This document shows positions 7,617 through 15,714 of a DNA stretch of 32,000 bases, in pieces; the stretch's first letter is position 1; each line of letters opens with the position of its first letter. This stretch comes from Candidatus Bipolaricaulota bacterium. GTDB taxonomy: Bacteria > Bipolaricaulota > Bipolaricaulia > Bipolaricaulales > Bipolaricaulaceae. The DNA lies in contig JANXBT010000001.1 in assembly GCA_025060415.1 (NCBI GenBank), positions 36,313-68,312 on the forward strand, written 5' to 3'. A program made the translations under genes and the position numbers. Below the pieces are notes generated by a model. That model saw nothing but the letters and a program-made list of their open reading frames with translations, was not told the DNA's origin and ran no database searches.

Positions 7617-8942
7617 ATGGGCCAGCCCTGGGAGGAGATCTGGGCGCGGGTGCGGGCGGATCTGGCCGAGGAAATCCCCCCGACGAGTTTTGCCGCCTGG
7701 TTTTCGGCGGTGCGGGCCCGCGCCGACGGGGAAGAGCTCGTCCTCGAGGTGCCCTCCTCCTTCGCCAAGCTCGCCATCGAGCAGAAGTACCAGGAGCTCC
7801 TGAGCCGGCTCTTGGCCGAGGCCGTGGGCAGGCCCGTGGCCTGGCGGATCGAGGTCGCGCCCCACCTGGCCCCCGCCCACCCCCCCGAGCCGCCCTTCGC
7901 CCGCCGCTACGTGGGCTCCCTGCCCCTCAACCCGGAGTACACCTTCGAGACCTTCGTGCGCGGCAAGAACTCGGACCTCGCCTACGCCGCGGCGCAGGCC
8001 GTGGCCGTCTCCCCCGCTCGGGCCTACAACCCCCTCTTCATCTACGGGAAGGTGGGGCTGGGGAAAACGCACCTCCTCCAGGCCATCGGGAACCACGTGC
8101 TCAAAGCCCACGCCAACTTGACCGTGGCCTACACGACCTCCGAGCGCTTCACCATCGAGCTCATCCAGGCCATCGGCGCCAACACCACCGACCAGTTCCG
8201 CTCCCGCTACCGCACGGTGGACGTCCTCCTCATCGACGACGTGCACTTCTTGCGCAACAAGGAGGGCACCCAGGAGGAGCTTTTCCACACCTTCAACGAG
8301 CTCTACGGGAACAGCAAACAGATCGTGCTCTCCTCGGACCGCCCGCCCGAGGAGCTCCAGGGGCTCCAGGACCGCCTGATCTCGCGCTTCCGCTGGGGCC
8401 TGGTGGTGGACATCCAGCCGCCGGATCTGGAGACGCGCATGGCCATCCTGCGGGAGAAGGCCCGTCGCCGGGGCGTCACCGTCCCCGACACGATCCTGGA
8501 GATGATCGCCTCCCGCATCACCACCAACGTGCGGGACCTGGAGGGCGCGCTCATCCGGGTCATCGCGTACCTCGAGCTGGGCCAGGGCCCCCTCACCGCC
8601 GAGGTGCTGGAGGCCATCCTCCCCAAGGAGGAGCGCCCGCAAAAGCTCACGATCCAGGCGATCAAGGAGGAGGTGGCCGCGTACTACCGCGTGCCCCTGG
8701 AGGAGTTGGACGGCCCCTCGCGGAAGAAGGAGGTGGCCTTCGCCCGGCAAATCGCCATTTACCTCGCCCGTGAGCTCACGGACTCCTCTTTCCCTGCGCT
8801 CGGCAAGGCGTTCGGCGGCCGCGACCACACCACGGCCATGCACGCCTACCAAAAGGTGCAAGAGCTGTTGCGGGAGACCCCGCTCCTGCGCGCGGAGATC
8901 GACGAGCTTCGGGGGCGGCTCCTGGCCAAGTACAGCCGATGA
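7617..8942 (+). CDS. dnaA: chromosomal replication initiator protein DnaA
   Basis: 441 aa: domain I WEEIWARVRADLAEEIPPTSFAAWF, FIYGKVGLGKTHLLQAIGN, LLIDDVHFLRNKEGTQEE, domain IV FGGRDHTTAMHAYQKV. Confidence 0.97.
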   Translation: MGQPWEEIWARVRADLAEEIPPTSFAAWFSAVRARADGEELVLEVPSSFAKLAIEQKYQELLSRLLAEAVGRPVAWRIEVAPHLAPAHPPEPPFARRYVGSLPLNPEYTFETFVRGKNSDLAYAAAQAVAVSPARAYNPLFIYGKVGLGKTHLLQAIGNHVLKAHANLTVAYTTSERFTIELIQAIGANTTDQFRSRYRTVDVLLIDDVHFLRNKEGTQEELFHTFNELYGNSKQIVLSSDRPPEELQGLQDRLISRFRWGLVVDIQPPDLETRMAILREKARRRGVTVPDTILEMIASRITTNVRDLEGALIRVIAYLELGQGPLTAEVLEAILPKEERPQKLTIQAIKEEVAAYYRVPLEELDGPSRKKEVAFARQIAIYLARELTDSSFPALGKAFGGRDHTTAMHAYQKVQELLRETPLLRAEIDELRGRLLAKYSR

Positions 8943-9190
8943 ATCCCCAGCCCCCTGTGGATAACCCTGGGGAGAAATCCGCCGTGGCCTGTGGAAAACG
9001 CCGGAAGCCCTGGGGAAAACGGGTGGGGACAAGCGCCGGTTACGCTTGTCCACAATTGTTTTCCCGAGCCGTCCCCAACTTATCCACAGGCTATCCCCCG
9101 GGTTATCCACAGGGGCGGACCCACATCCCAAGGGGGCTCCCCAAGGTTTTCCCCAGCCCCCACGTAGCCCCTACAACTTCTTCTGGCAAG
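8943..9190. promoter_or_regulatory. candidate oriC (DnaA-box cluster)
   Basis: Exact TTATCCACA at 9080-9088(+), 9103-9111(+) and as TGTGGATAA at 8956-8964(-). Near matches TTTTCCACA at 8990-8998(-) and TTGTCCACA at 9046-9054(+). Lies directly downstream of dnaA. Confidence 0.82.
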
Positions 9191-9197
9191 GCTGAAC

Positions 9198-9701
9198 ATG
9201 AAGGAGCACAACCCGTGGGCTAGCCTGCGCTTCGGCCCGGGCTGGGAGGAACAGGAGGCCGTCCTCCTCTGGAAGCGCATCGTCGGGGAGAACCTCGCCC
9301 GGCTGGCCCGGCCCCTGTACGTAGAGGACGGGGTCCTCCACCTGGCGGTGGCCAGCCCGGTGGTGGCCAACGAGCTGCGCTTCTGGAAAAAGGAGCTCCT
9401 GCAAAAGCTGGACCAGCACGCCCCCAGGAGCAAGGTCCGCGACCTCCGCTTTCACCTCGCCCCTTTGGCCGAAAGCGCGGCGCCCCCGACCGCGCCCGGG
9501 CCAGCGGAGTGGAACCGCGCGGAGGAGGCCATCCCCGCCGCGCTCCCCCGGGAGCTTCGGACCCGGCTGGTGCGGCTCTTGGCTTGGGCCCTGGCCCAGG
9601 AGGCCGGGATCCTGCGGGGAGGGGGGCGGCGCTGCTCCGCCTGCGGCGTGGCCTTCCTCGCCGAGGGCGATCTTTGCCCCCTCTGCCGCCTGCACCTCTG
9701 A
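9198..9701 (+). CDS. DUF721/DciA-family protein with C-terminal Cys4 zinc-ribbon-like motif
   Basis: WKRIVGENLARLARPLYVEDGVLHLAVASPVVANELRFWKKELLQKL fits the DUF721/DciA pattern. C-terminus has CSACGVAFLAEGDLCPLC. Confidence 0.72.
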   Translation: MKEHNPWASLRFGPGWEEQEAVLLWKRIVGENLARLARPLYVEDGVLHLAVASPVVANELRFWKKELLQKLDQHAPRSKVRDLRFHLAPLAESAAPPTAPGPAEWNRAEEAIPAALPRELRTRLVRLLAWALAQEAGILRGGGRRCSACGVAFLAEGDLCPLCRLHL

Positions 9702-9757
9702 TCCTTGCTGAAAAACCGGGCTCCGGGTATGGTTCGCGTCCTTTGGGGGTGGCAGCC

Positions 9758-11668
9758 ATGGCCAAGGTGATCCTGCCTGGAGGGGAGGCGATCGAAGCCC
9801 GGGGCGTTTCCTTCCTGGAGCTTTTGGGCCCGCGGGCGAAGGAGGCGGCCGGCGCCCTTTGGAATGGGCAGCTTCTGGATCTGCGGGAGCCGGTGCCCCC
9901 GGAGGGCGAGGTCCGGATCCTTGGCTTGCGCGATCCCGCGGCCCTGGAGGTCCTCCGCCACACCGCGGCCCACGTGTTGGCCCACGCGGTGACGCGCCTC
10001 TTCCCGGGGACGAAGTTGGCCATCGGCCCGGCCATCGCCGACGGCTTCTACTACGATTTCCTCTTCCCAAATCCGATTTCCCATGAGGATTTGCCCCGCA
10101 TCGAGGAGGAGATGCGCAAGATCGTCGCGGAGGATCTGCCCCTGGAACGGGTTTGGCTTTCCCGAAGCGAAGCGGAAAGGCTTCTGCGCGAGCGGGGGGA
10201 GGACTACAAGCTCGAGCTCCTTGGGGAGATCCCCGGGGAGAAGATCTCTTTCTATCGGCAGGGCGATTTCCTGGATTTGTGCCGCGGCCCGCACCTCCCC
10301 TCCACCGGCCTTGTAAAGCACTTCAAGCTCCTTGATCTAGCAGGCGCCTATTGGCGGGGCGATCCCAACCGCGACATGCTCACCCGCATCTACGGTACGG
10401 CCTTTCCCACCCAAGAGGAGCTGGAAAGATACCTGCGTTGGCGGGAGGAGGCGCGGCGCCGTGACCACCGAACCCTCGGCCCCCAGCTCGATCTTTTCTC
10501 CATCCAAAACGACACGATCGGGGCAGGGCTTGTCCTTTGGCACCCCAAGGGCGCCCGCGTCCGTCGCCTCATCGAGGACTTTTGGGTGGCCGAGCACTAC
10601 AAAGCCGGGTATCAGCTCGTCTACACGCCCCACATCGGCCGGAGCCGCCTCTGGCAGACCTCCGGCCACCTCGACTTCTATCGGGAAAGCATGTACGCCC
10701 CCATCGCCGTCGAAGGGCAGGAGTTTTTCCTGAAACCCATGAACTGCCCCTTCCACATCGCCATCTATAAGACGAAGACCCGGTCTTATCGCGAGCTGCC
10801 CATCCGTTACTGCGAGCTCGGCACGGTCTACCGCTTTGAGCGCTCCGGGGTCCTCCATGGGCTCCTGCGCGTGCGCGGCTTCACCCAGGACGATGCGCAC
10901 ATCATCTGCCGCCCCGATCAGGTGGAGGAGGAGATCCGCAACGTCCTGCGCTTCGCGCTCTTCGTCCTGCGCTCCTTTGGGTTTACGGAGTTCACGGCGT
11001 ACCTCTCCACGCGCCCGGAGAAGTTCATCGGCAACCCCGAGGATTGGGAAAGGGCCACGGAGGCCTTGCGCAAGGCCGTGGAGGGGGAGGGCTTGTCCTA
11101 TGAAGTCAAAGCGGGCGAGGGGGCGTTCTACGGGCCCAAGATCGATCTAGAGGTTCAGGACTCGCTGAAACGTCCCTGGCAGCTCACCACCGTCCAATTC
11201 GACTTCAACCTGCCGGAACGGTTCGACATGACCTTCATCGGGCCCGACGGCCGGGAGCATCGCCCCTACATGATCCATCGCGCCCTTTTGGGGTCGCTGG
11301 AGCGGTTCTTCGGGATCCTCATCGAACATTACGGTGGGGCCTTCCCGGTTTGGCTCGCGCCCGTACAGGCTGTGGTGTTGCCCGTAAGCGAAGGGGACAT
11401 CCCCTACGCGGAGGAGGTGGCGGCGAAACTCCTGGCGGAAGGGATTCGGGCCGAGGCCTGGACCAGGGAAGGGAAGACCCTGCGCTGGCTGGTGCGGGAG
11501 GCCCAGATTCAAAAGATCCCCTACATTTTGGTCTGCGGTGCCCGGGAGGCCGCCGAGGGCAAGGCCGCCCTCCGCCTGCGCACGGGGGAGGACCTGGGGC
11601 CTCGCCCGCTGGACGAGGTGATCGCGCGCATTCGGGAGGCCGCCTCGACCCGGTCCTCAGGGCTTTGA
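9758..11668 (+). CDS. thrS: threonine--tRNA ligase
   Basis: TGS domain MAKVILPGGEAIEARG, HTAAHVLAHAVTRLFPG, MNCPFHIAIYK, TRGFTQDDAHIIC-like motif, DVxF-like C-terminal anticodon-binding domain. Start set at ATG 9758. Confidence 0.95.
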   Translation: MAKVILPGGEAIEARGVSFLELLGPRAKEAAGALWNGQLLDLREPVPPEGEVRILGLRDPAALEVLRHTAAHVLAHAVTRLFPGTKLAIGPAIADGFYYDFLFPNPISHEDLPRIEEEMRKIVAEDLPLERVWLSRSEAERLLRERGEDYKLELLGEIPGEKISFYRQGDFLDLCRGPHLPSTGLVKHFKLLDLAGAYWRGDPNRDMLTRIYGTAFPTQEELERYLRWREEARRRDHRTLGPQLDLFSIQNDTIGAGLVLWHPKGARVRRLIEDFWVAEHYKAGYQLVYTPHIGRSRLWQTSGHLDFYRESMYAPIAVEGQEFFLKPMNCPFHIAIYKTKTRSYRELPIRYCELGTVYRFERSGVLHGLLRVRGFTQDDAHIICRPDQVEEEIRNVLRFALFVLRSFGFTEFTAYLSTRPEKFIGNPEDWERATEALRKAVEGEGLSYEVKAGEGAFYGPKIDLEVQDSLKRPWQLTTVQFDFNLPERFDMTFIGPDGREHRPYMIHRALLGSLERFFGILIEHYGGAFPVWLAPVQAVVLPVSEGDIPYAEEVAAKLLAEGIRAEAWTREGKTLRWLVREAQIQKIPYILVCGAREAAEGKAALRLRTGEDLGPRPLDEVIARIREAASTRSSGL

Positions 11669-11690
11669 TTTTGTATAATCCCCTTGGACC

Positions 11691-12458
11691 ATGGAGAAGG
11701 AGCGATACCTCAACACCTCGCTAGCGAAAGCCCTACGGGTTTTCGAGTTGTTCAACGGGGTGGAGGGGGGCTTGAGCCTATCGGAGATCGCCAGCCGCAT
11801 GGGGGCGCGTCCGGGGAGCATTTATCCCATCGTCTACACGCTACAAAAATTCGGTTATCTTGAGCGGGATGCGGAGACCAAGAAGTATCGGCTGGGCCTG
11901 CGCATTTTGGCTTTAGCCAACCAAATTTTGTCTTCTTTGGACGTTCGCGAGAAAGCCAAGCCTGTGCTGAAGCGCCTTGCGCGTGAGCTTGAGGTGAACG
12001 CACATCTTGCGGTCCTCTACGAGGGCGAGGTCTTATACTTGGATCGGGAGGAAGCTGCGCCCAGCGTGGTGATCCCTTCGGTGATTGGACGGCGGGTTCC
12101 CCCGCATTGCACCGCTTTGGGCAAGGTCTTGTTGGCTTACAGCCCGGAAGCTCTGGAGGGGTTTTTGGCCAAGGGATCCCTTCCTGCGCTTACCCCCAAC
12201 ACTATTACCAATCCGGAACTTTTGCGACGGGAGTTGGAACGGGTACGCCAGCAAGGTTATGCAATCGACTGGGAGGAATTTCACGAGGGCAACATCTGTG
12301 TGGCCGCTCCCGTGCGCAATTATCGAGGAAAGGTGGTGGCAGCGATCTCAGTTTCCTTGGCCAAGGTCCGCCTTACGCACACTCCGTTAGATAGTTTTGT
12401 GCAAGCCGTCACAAAGGGGGCGCAGGAAGTTTCGCTAGAAATGGGGTATCGCTCCTAG
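11691..12458 (+). CDS. IclR-family transcriptional regulator
   Basis: 255 aa, N-terminal wHTH SLAKALRVFELFNGVEGGLSLSEIASRMG; effector domain YLDREEAAPSVVIPSVIGRRVPPHCTALGKVLLAY. Confidence 0.9.
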   Translation: MEKERYLNTSLAKALRVFELFNGVEGGLSLSEIASRMGARPGSIYPIVYTLQKFGYLERDAETKKYRLGLRILALANQILSSLDVREKAKPVLKRLARELEVNAHLAVLYEGEVLYLDREEAAPSVVIPSVIGRRVPPHCTALGKVLLAYSPEALEGFLAKGSLPALTPNTITNPELLRRELERVRQQGYAIDWEEFHEGNICVAAPVRNYRGKVVAAISVSLAKVRLTHTPLDSFVQAVTKGAQEVSLEMGYRS

Positions 12459-12511
12459 AGCTCAGTCCTATTGGTCTTCGCCTTAAACGGTGAGGGTTTG
12501 GGGGGACAGGC

Positions 12512-12553
12512 TTGACGCCCCGGGTTTTTAATGGTATAATAGTTTTGCAAAAC
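12512..12553 (+). promoter_or_regulatory. sigma70-type promoter plus palindromic candidate operator upstream of the sugar ABC operon
   Basis: TTGACG (12512-12517), 17 nt, TATAAT (12535-12540), then the perfect palindrome GTTTTGCAAAAC (12542-12553). Confidence 0.75.
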
Positions 12554-12577
12554 AGCTAAATTGCTGGGAGGTGGGTG

Positions 12578-13909
12578 ATGAACCGCGTAAAGAGGTTCTG
12601 GTTGTTTTTAGCATTCGTTACTTTTGCTGTCCTAGGTAGTGCACAAAAGGTTACCATCGTCCTTTCCAACTGGCACTTGGTTGAACCGCACTGGGAGAAG
12701 TCCATCAAGGAAGCGGTAGCTGAGTTTATGCGCCGCAACCCTGATATCGAGGTCGTTTTAGACTACGTTTCGTACGCCGAGAAGGAAACCAAGTATATGA
12801 CCGCAATCGAGGCTGGGGTCGGGCCTGACGTCATGCACCTCGGTCCCGCGGAGATCTCGTTTGGCTTGTTTGCTAGCCGCGGATACTTCTATGATCTTAC
12901 CCCCTTCATCGCTCGGGAGGAGCCAGGCTTCTTGGACGCATGGTACCCCGCGGTGGTTCAGGCCCTCACGTACAACGGCAAGATCTACGCGTTGGGCAAC
13001 AACTATCAGCCTATGGTCCTTATGTGGAACAAACGCCTCTTCGCTGAGGCTGGGCTCGATCCTGAAAAGCCACCGGCCACGTGGGATGAGTTCCTTGCTT
13101 ACGCGAAGGCCCTGACCCGGGATCGCGATGGGGATGGGCGCATCGACACCTGGGGGTTTGGCACTGTGGGGCGCGTGGATCCCGGCTTCCAGCTTCGTTT
13201 CACCCCCGTGCTTTATAGCTTTGGAGCCGACTATTTGACTCCCGATCTGCGGTGCGCCGCCATCAACAGCCCTGCCGCCAAAGAAGCGGTGAAGTTCTGG
13301 GTGGAGCTCTACACCGTTCACGGAGTGATCCCTCCGGGCGTGACCGACATGAGCCCCGGCAAGGTGCGGGAGCAATTCGCGGCGGAAAAAATTGCGATGA
13401 AGATCACCTCGGCTTGGAACTTGCCCATCGTGCGGACCCTCCGTCCGGAGCTCCCTTGGGCGGAGATCATCGGTGTGGCCCCCATACCCGTGAAAAGGGG
13501 CCTGGATCCTGAATACCGTACCACCGCCTTCCTCAGCTACTACGCGATGAACCGCAACACCAAGCATCCTGAGGCCGCTTGGCGCCTGCTGAAGTTCCTG
13601 ACAAGCAAAGAGGCTCAGGAGAAATGGTTCCGGGATGCCTACGTGCTCTCGGCGCGTCGGGATGTGTCGGAGCAATATGAGCCTCTCCTGGCCGATCCCT
13701 ACGCTCGGGCGATCGCTGCGGCGCTCCCCACGGCCAAGATGGTGCCTATGATCCCGGAGTGGCCGCAGATTATCGAGGCCATCAATGTGGCGGTGCAGAA
13801 AGGGTTCATCGGCGAGCCCATCGATCGGGCCTGGGCTGAGGCTTATCGTAAGATCAACGAGATCCTGGAGCCTTATCGCCCGCGGGGCGCGGCTTGTCCG
13901 CCCTACTAA
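12578..13909 (+). CDS. sugar ABC transporter substrate-binding protein (family 1 / UgpB-like)
   Basis: Signal peptide RVKRFWLFLAFVTFAVLGSA; VGPDVMHLGPAEI...YDLTPFI, YNGKIYALGNNYQPMVLMWNKRLFAEAGLDPEKPPATWDEF, ...AAWRLLKFLTSKEAQEKW. SD GGGAGGTG. Confidence 0.92.
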   Translation: MNRVKRFWLFLAFVTFAVLGSAQKVTIVLSNWHLVEPHWEKSIKEAVAEFMRRNPDIEVVLDYVSYAEKETKYMTAIEAGVGPDVMHLGPAEISFGLFASRGYFYDLTPFIAREEPGFLDAWYPAVVQALTYNGKIYALGNNYQPMVLMWNKRLFAEAGLDPEKPPATWDEFLAYAKALTRDRDGDGRIDTWGFGTVGRVDPGFQLRFTPVLYSFGADYLTPDLRCAAINSPAAKEAVKFWVELYTVHGVIPPGVTDMSPGKVREQFAAEKIAMKITSAWNLPIVRTLRPELPWAEIIGVAPIPVKRGLDPEYRTTAFLSYYAMNRNTKHPEAAWRLLKFLTSKEAQEKWFRDAYVLSARRDVSEQYEPLLADPYARAIAAALPTAKMVPMIPEWPQIIEAINVAVQKGFIGEPIDRAWAEAYRKINEILEPYRPRGAACPPY

Positions 13910-13935
13910 AGACGCTGACCGAAAGGCGAAAGGAA

Positions 13936-13968
13936 AGAGGGGCTGGCTCGTCTCAGGCCAGCCCCTCT
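13936..13968 (+). other. strong hairpin between substrate-binding-protein and permease genes
   Basis: AGAGGGGCTGGC (13936-13947), 9-nt loop, GCCAGCCCCTCT (13957-13968), a 12-bp perfect stem. It is followed by GCTTAAAAAA, not a T-run. Confidence 0.85.
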
Positions 13969-13993
13969 GCTTAAAAAATCTAGGTTCGGGAAC

Positions 13994-14866
13994 ATGAAAA
14001 CCAAACAGCGCTCGGTCGATTTCACGGGGTACTGGTTTATCTTGCCGTGCTTTCTCTTGCTGTTGGGTGTGCTGGGTTTTCCCATGGTCATGGCTGTGCT
14101 CAATAGCTTTGCCCCTATTTGGACTAAAGGTCTATCCAATTTCACTCTCGCTTATTATCGAAAACTCTTCAATGATCCGATTTTCTTCAACTCGCTGCTG
14201 CGTACGGTCTACTTTGTCGGAGCTACGGTGGCCTTGCATCTTGTTTTGGGGCTTTTGGTGGCCTTGGCCTTGAACAGCGCTATTCGAGCGCGGCGGTTCT
14301 TCCGTGTGGTGGCGATTTTGCCTTGGACGGTGCCTGACGTCATCGCTGGTTTGGTTTGGGCCTGCATGTACGATCCCTTAAGCGGGCTGTTGAATGACGC
14401 GCTGCATCGTCTTGGGTTGATCGCTTCCCCGGTGGAATGGCTGGCGAACCCGCGGCTGGTGATGCCTAGCGTGATTTTGGCGGATGTATGGCGGGGGTAT
14501 CCGTTCGTCATGCTCGTGCTCCTGGCGGGGCTTCAAGCCATTCCTCGGGAACAGTACGAAGCGGCCAAAGTGGATGGGGCTTCGGCCCTGCACGAGTTCC
14601 TTTACATCACTCTTCCTAACCTGAAACCCCTGATCGCGATCGCCACTATTCTAGACATCATTTGGCAGACCCGTCGTTTTGGGCTGATTTGGGTTATGAC
14701 CGAAGGAGGGCCGGCACGGGCCACGGAGATTCTTTCTGTGTTGGCGTACCGGCAATATTTTAAGTTCTTTAATTTCGAGTACGCTTCGGCCATCTCCGTG
14801 GTCTTGGCGTTGATTTTGCTTGCGATTGGGATCCCTTATATTCGGGCGATATCCCGAAGGATATGA
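13994..14866 (+). CDS. sugar ABC transporter permease (MalF/UgpA-type)
   Basis: 290 aa, multiple TM segments; EAA-type loop EQYEAAKVDGASALHEFLYITLPNLKPLI. Confidence 0.92.
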   Translation: MKTKQRSVDFTGYWFILPCFLLLLGVLGFPMVMAVLNSFAPIWTKGLSNFTLAYYRKLFNDPIFFNSLLRTVYFVGATVALHLVLGLLVALALNSAIRARRFFRVVAILPWTVPDVIAGLVWACMYDPLSGLLNDALHRLGLIASPVEWLANPRLVMPSVILADVWRGYPFVMLVLLAGLQAIPREQYEAAKVDGASALHEFLYITLPNLKPLIAIATILDIIWQTRRFGLIWVMTEGGPARATEILSVLAYRQYFKFFNFEYASAISVVLALILLAIGIPYIRAISRRI

Positions 14867-15705
14867 ACATGGCGATGCGCGCGCTGTTGATTCGGGGAGG
14901 CGTTTACTTGTTCCTCTTTTTCATCCTGGTCTTCAACTTGACGCCTTTCTTTTGGATGCTTTCCACTTCTCTAAAAACTGATGCCGAGGTCCACGCCATT
15001 CCCCCCACGTGGTGGCCACGGCAGCCCACCCTGGAAGAGGGGTACAAAAAAGTTCTGATGTGGACGAACTTCCCGCGTTATTTCCTGAACAGCACCTTGG
15101 TTTCCCTGAGCGCCGCCTTTATCTCTACCCTTGTGGGCGCCTTAGCTGGGTACGGCTTTTCCCGCTTTTATTTCCCTGGGCGCAGCTTTCTGATCGGAAT
15201 ATTGCTCGCTTCTCAGATGTTGCCCGGCGTTCTCTTGGTGGGCCCGTACTTCAAGATGCTCGCAAAAATCGGCTTGTACGACAGCCACTTAGGCTTAATC
15301 TTGGCTTTCTCCACGCTCACGCTCCCGTTTAGTGCATGGATGCTGAAAGGCTTTATCGATACGGTTCCGCATGAATTGGACGAAGCCGCTTTGCTCGACG
15401 GATGCACCCGGTTGCACGCGTTCATTCGTGTGATCTTCCCTCTAATCACCCCGGGCATGGTGGCCACTGTGATCTTTGCGTTTTTGCTGGCTTGGGGCGA
15501 TCTATTGTGGGCGCTCTGTTTGACCACCACGGATTCCATGGCCACGGTGACCCTTGGGCTAAGCCGGCTCGTCACGCAATTCCGCGTTATTTGGCCGCAA
15601 TTGATGGCGGGATCGGTGATCGCTGCTTTTCCGCCCATGCTCCTTTACTTGTTTTTGCAGAAATACTTGGTTCGAGGGTTGACGGGCGGGGCGGTCAAGG
15701 AGTGA
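14863..15705 (+). CDS. sugar ABC transporter permease (MalG/UgpE-type)
   Basis: 280 aa, multiple TM segments; EAA-type loop HELDEAALLDGCTRLHAFIRVIFPLITPG. Confidence 0.92.
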   Translation: MNMAMRALLIRGGVYLFLFFILVFNLTPFFWMLSTSLKTDAEVHAIPPTWWPRQPTLEEGYKKVLMWTNFPRYFLNSTLVSLSAAFISTLVGALAGYGFSRFYFPGRSFLIGILLASQMLPGVLLVGPYFKMLAKIGLYDSHLGLILAFSTLTLPFSAWMLKGFIDTVPHELDEAALLDGCTRLHAFIRVIFPLITPGMVATVIFAFLLAWGDLLWALCLTTTDSMATVTLGLSRLVTQFRVIWPQLMAGSVIAAFPPMLLYLFLQKYLVRGLTGGAVKE

Positions 15706-15714
15706 CGGGGGTGA

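Noticed and set aside
7539-9131. 530-aa minus-strand ORF covering dnaA and the DnaA boxes
   Set aside because: Antisense shadow of dnaA with no domain motifs; dnaA on the plus strand is unambiguous.
9702-9757. Possible T-box leader upstream of thrS (GGGGGTGGCAG)
   Set aside because: Only 56 nt between genes; no room for specifier stem, antiterminator or terminator, and no real T-box sequence.
13936-13980. Hairpin as a conventional rho-independent terminator
   Set aside because: Followed by A residues, not a T-run, on the plus strand; downstream permease genes clearly belong to the same transport system.
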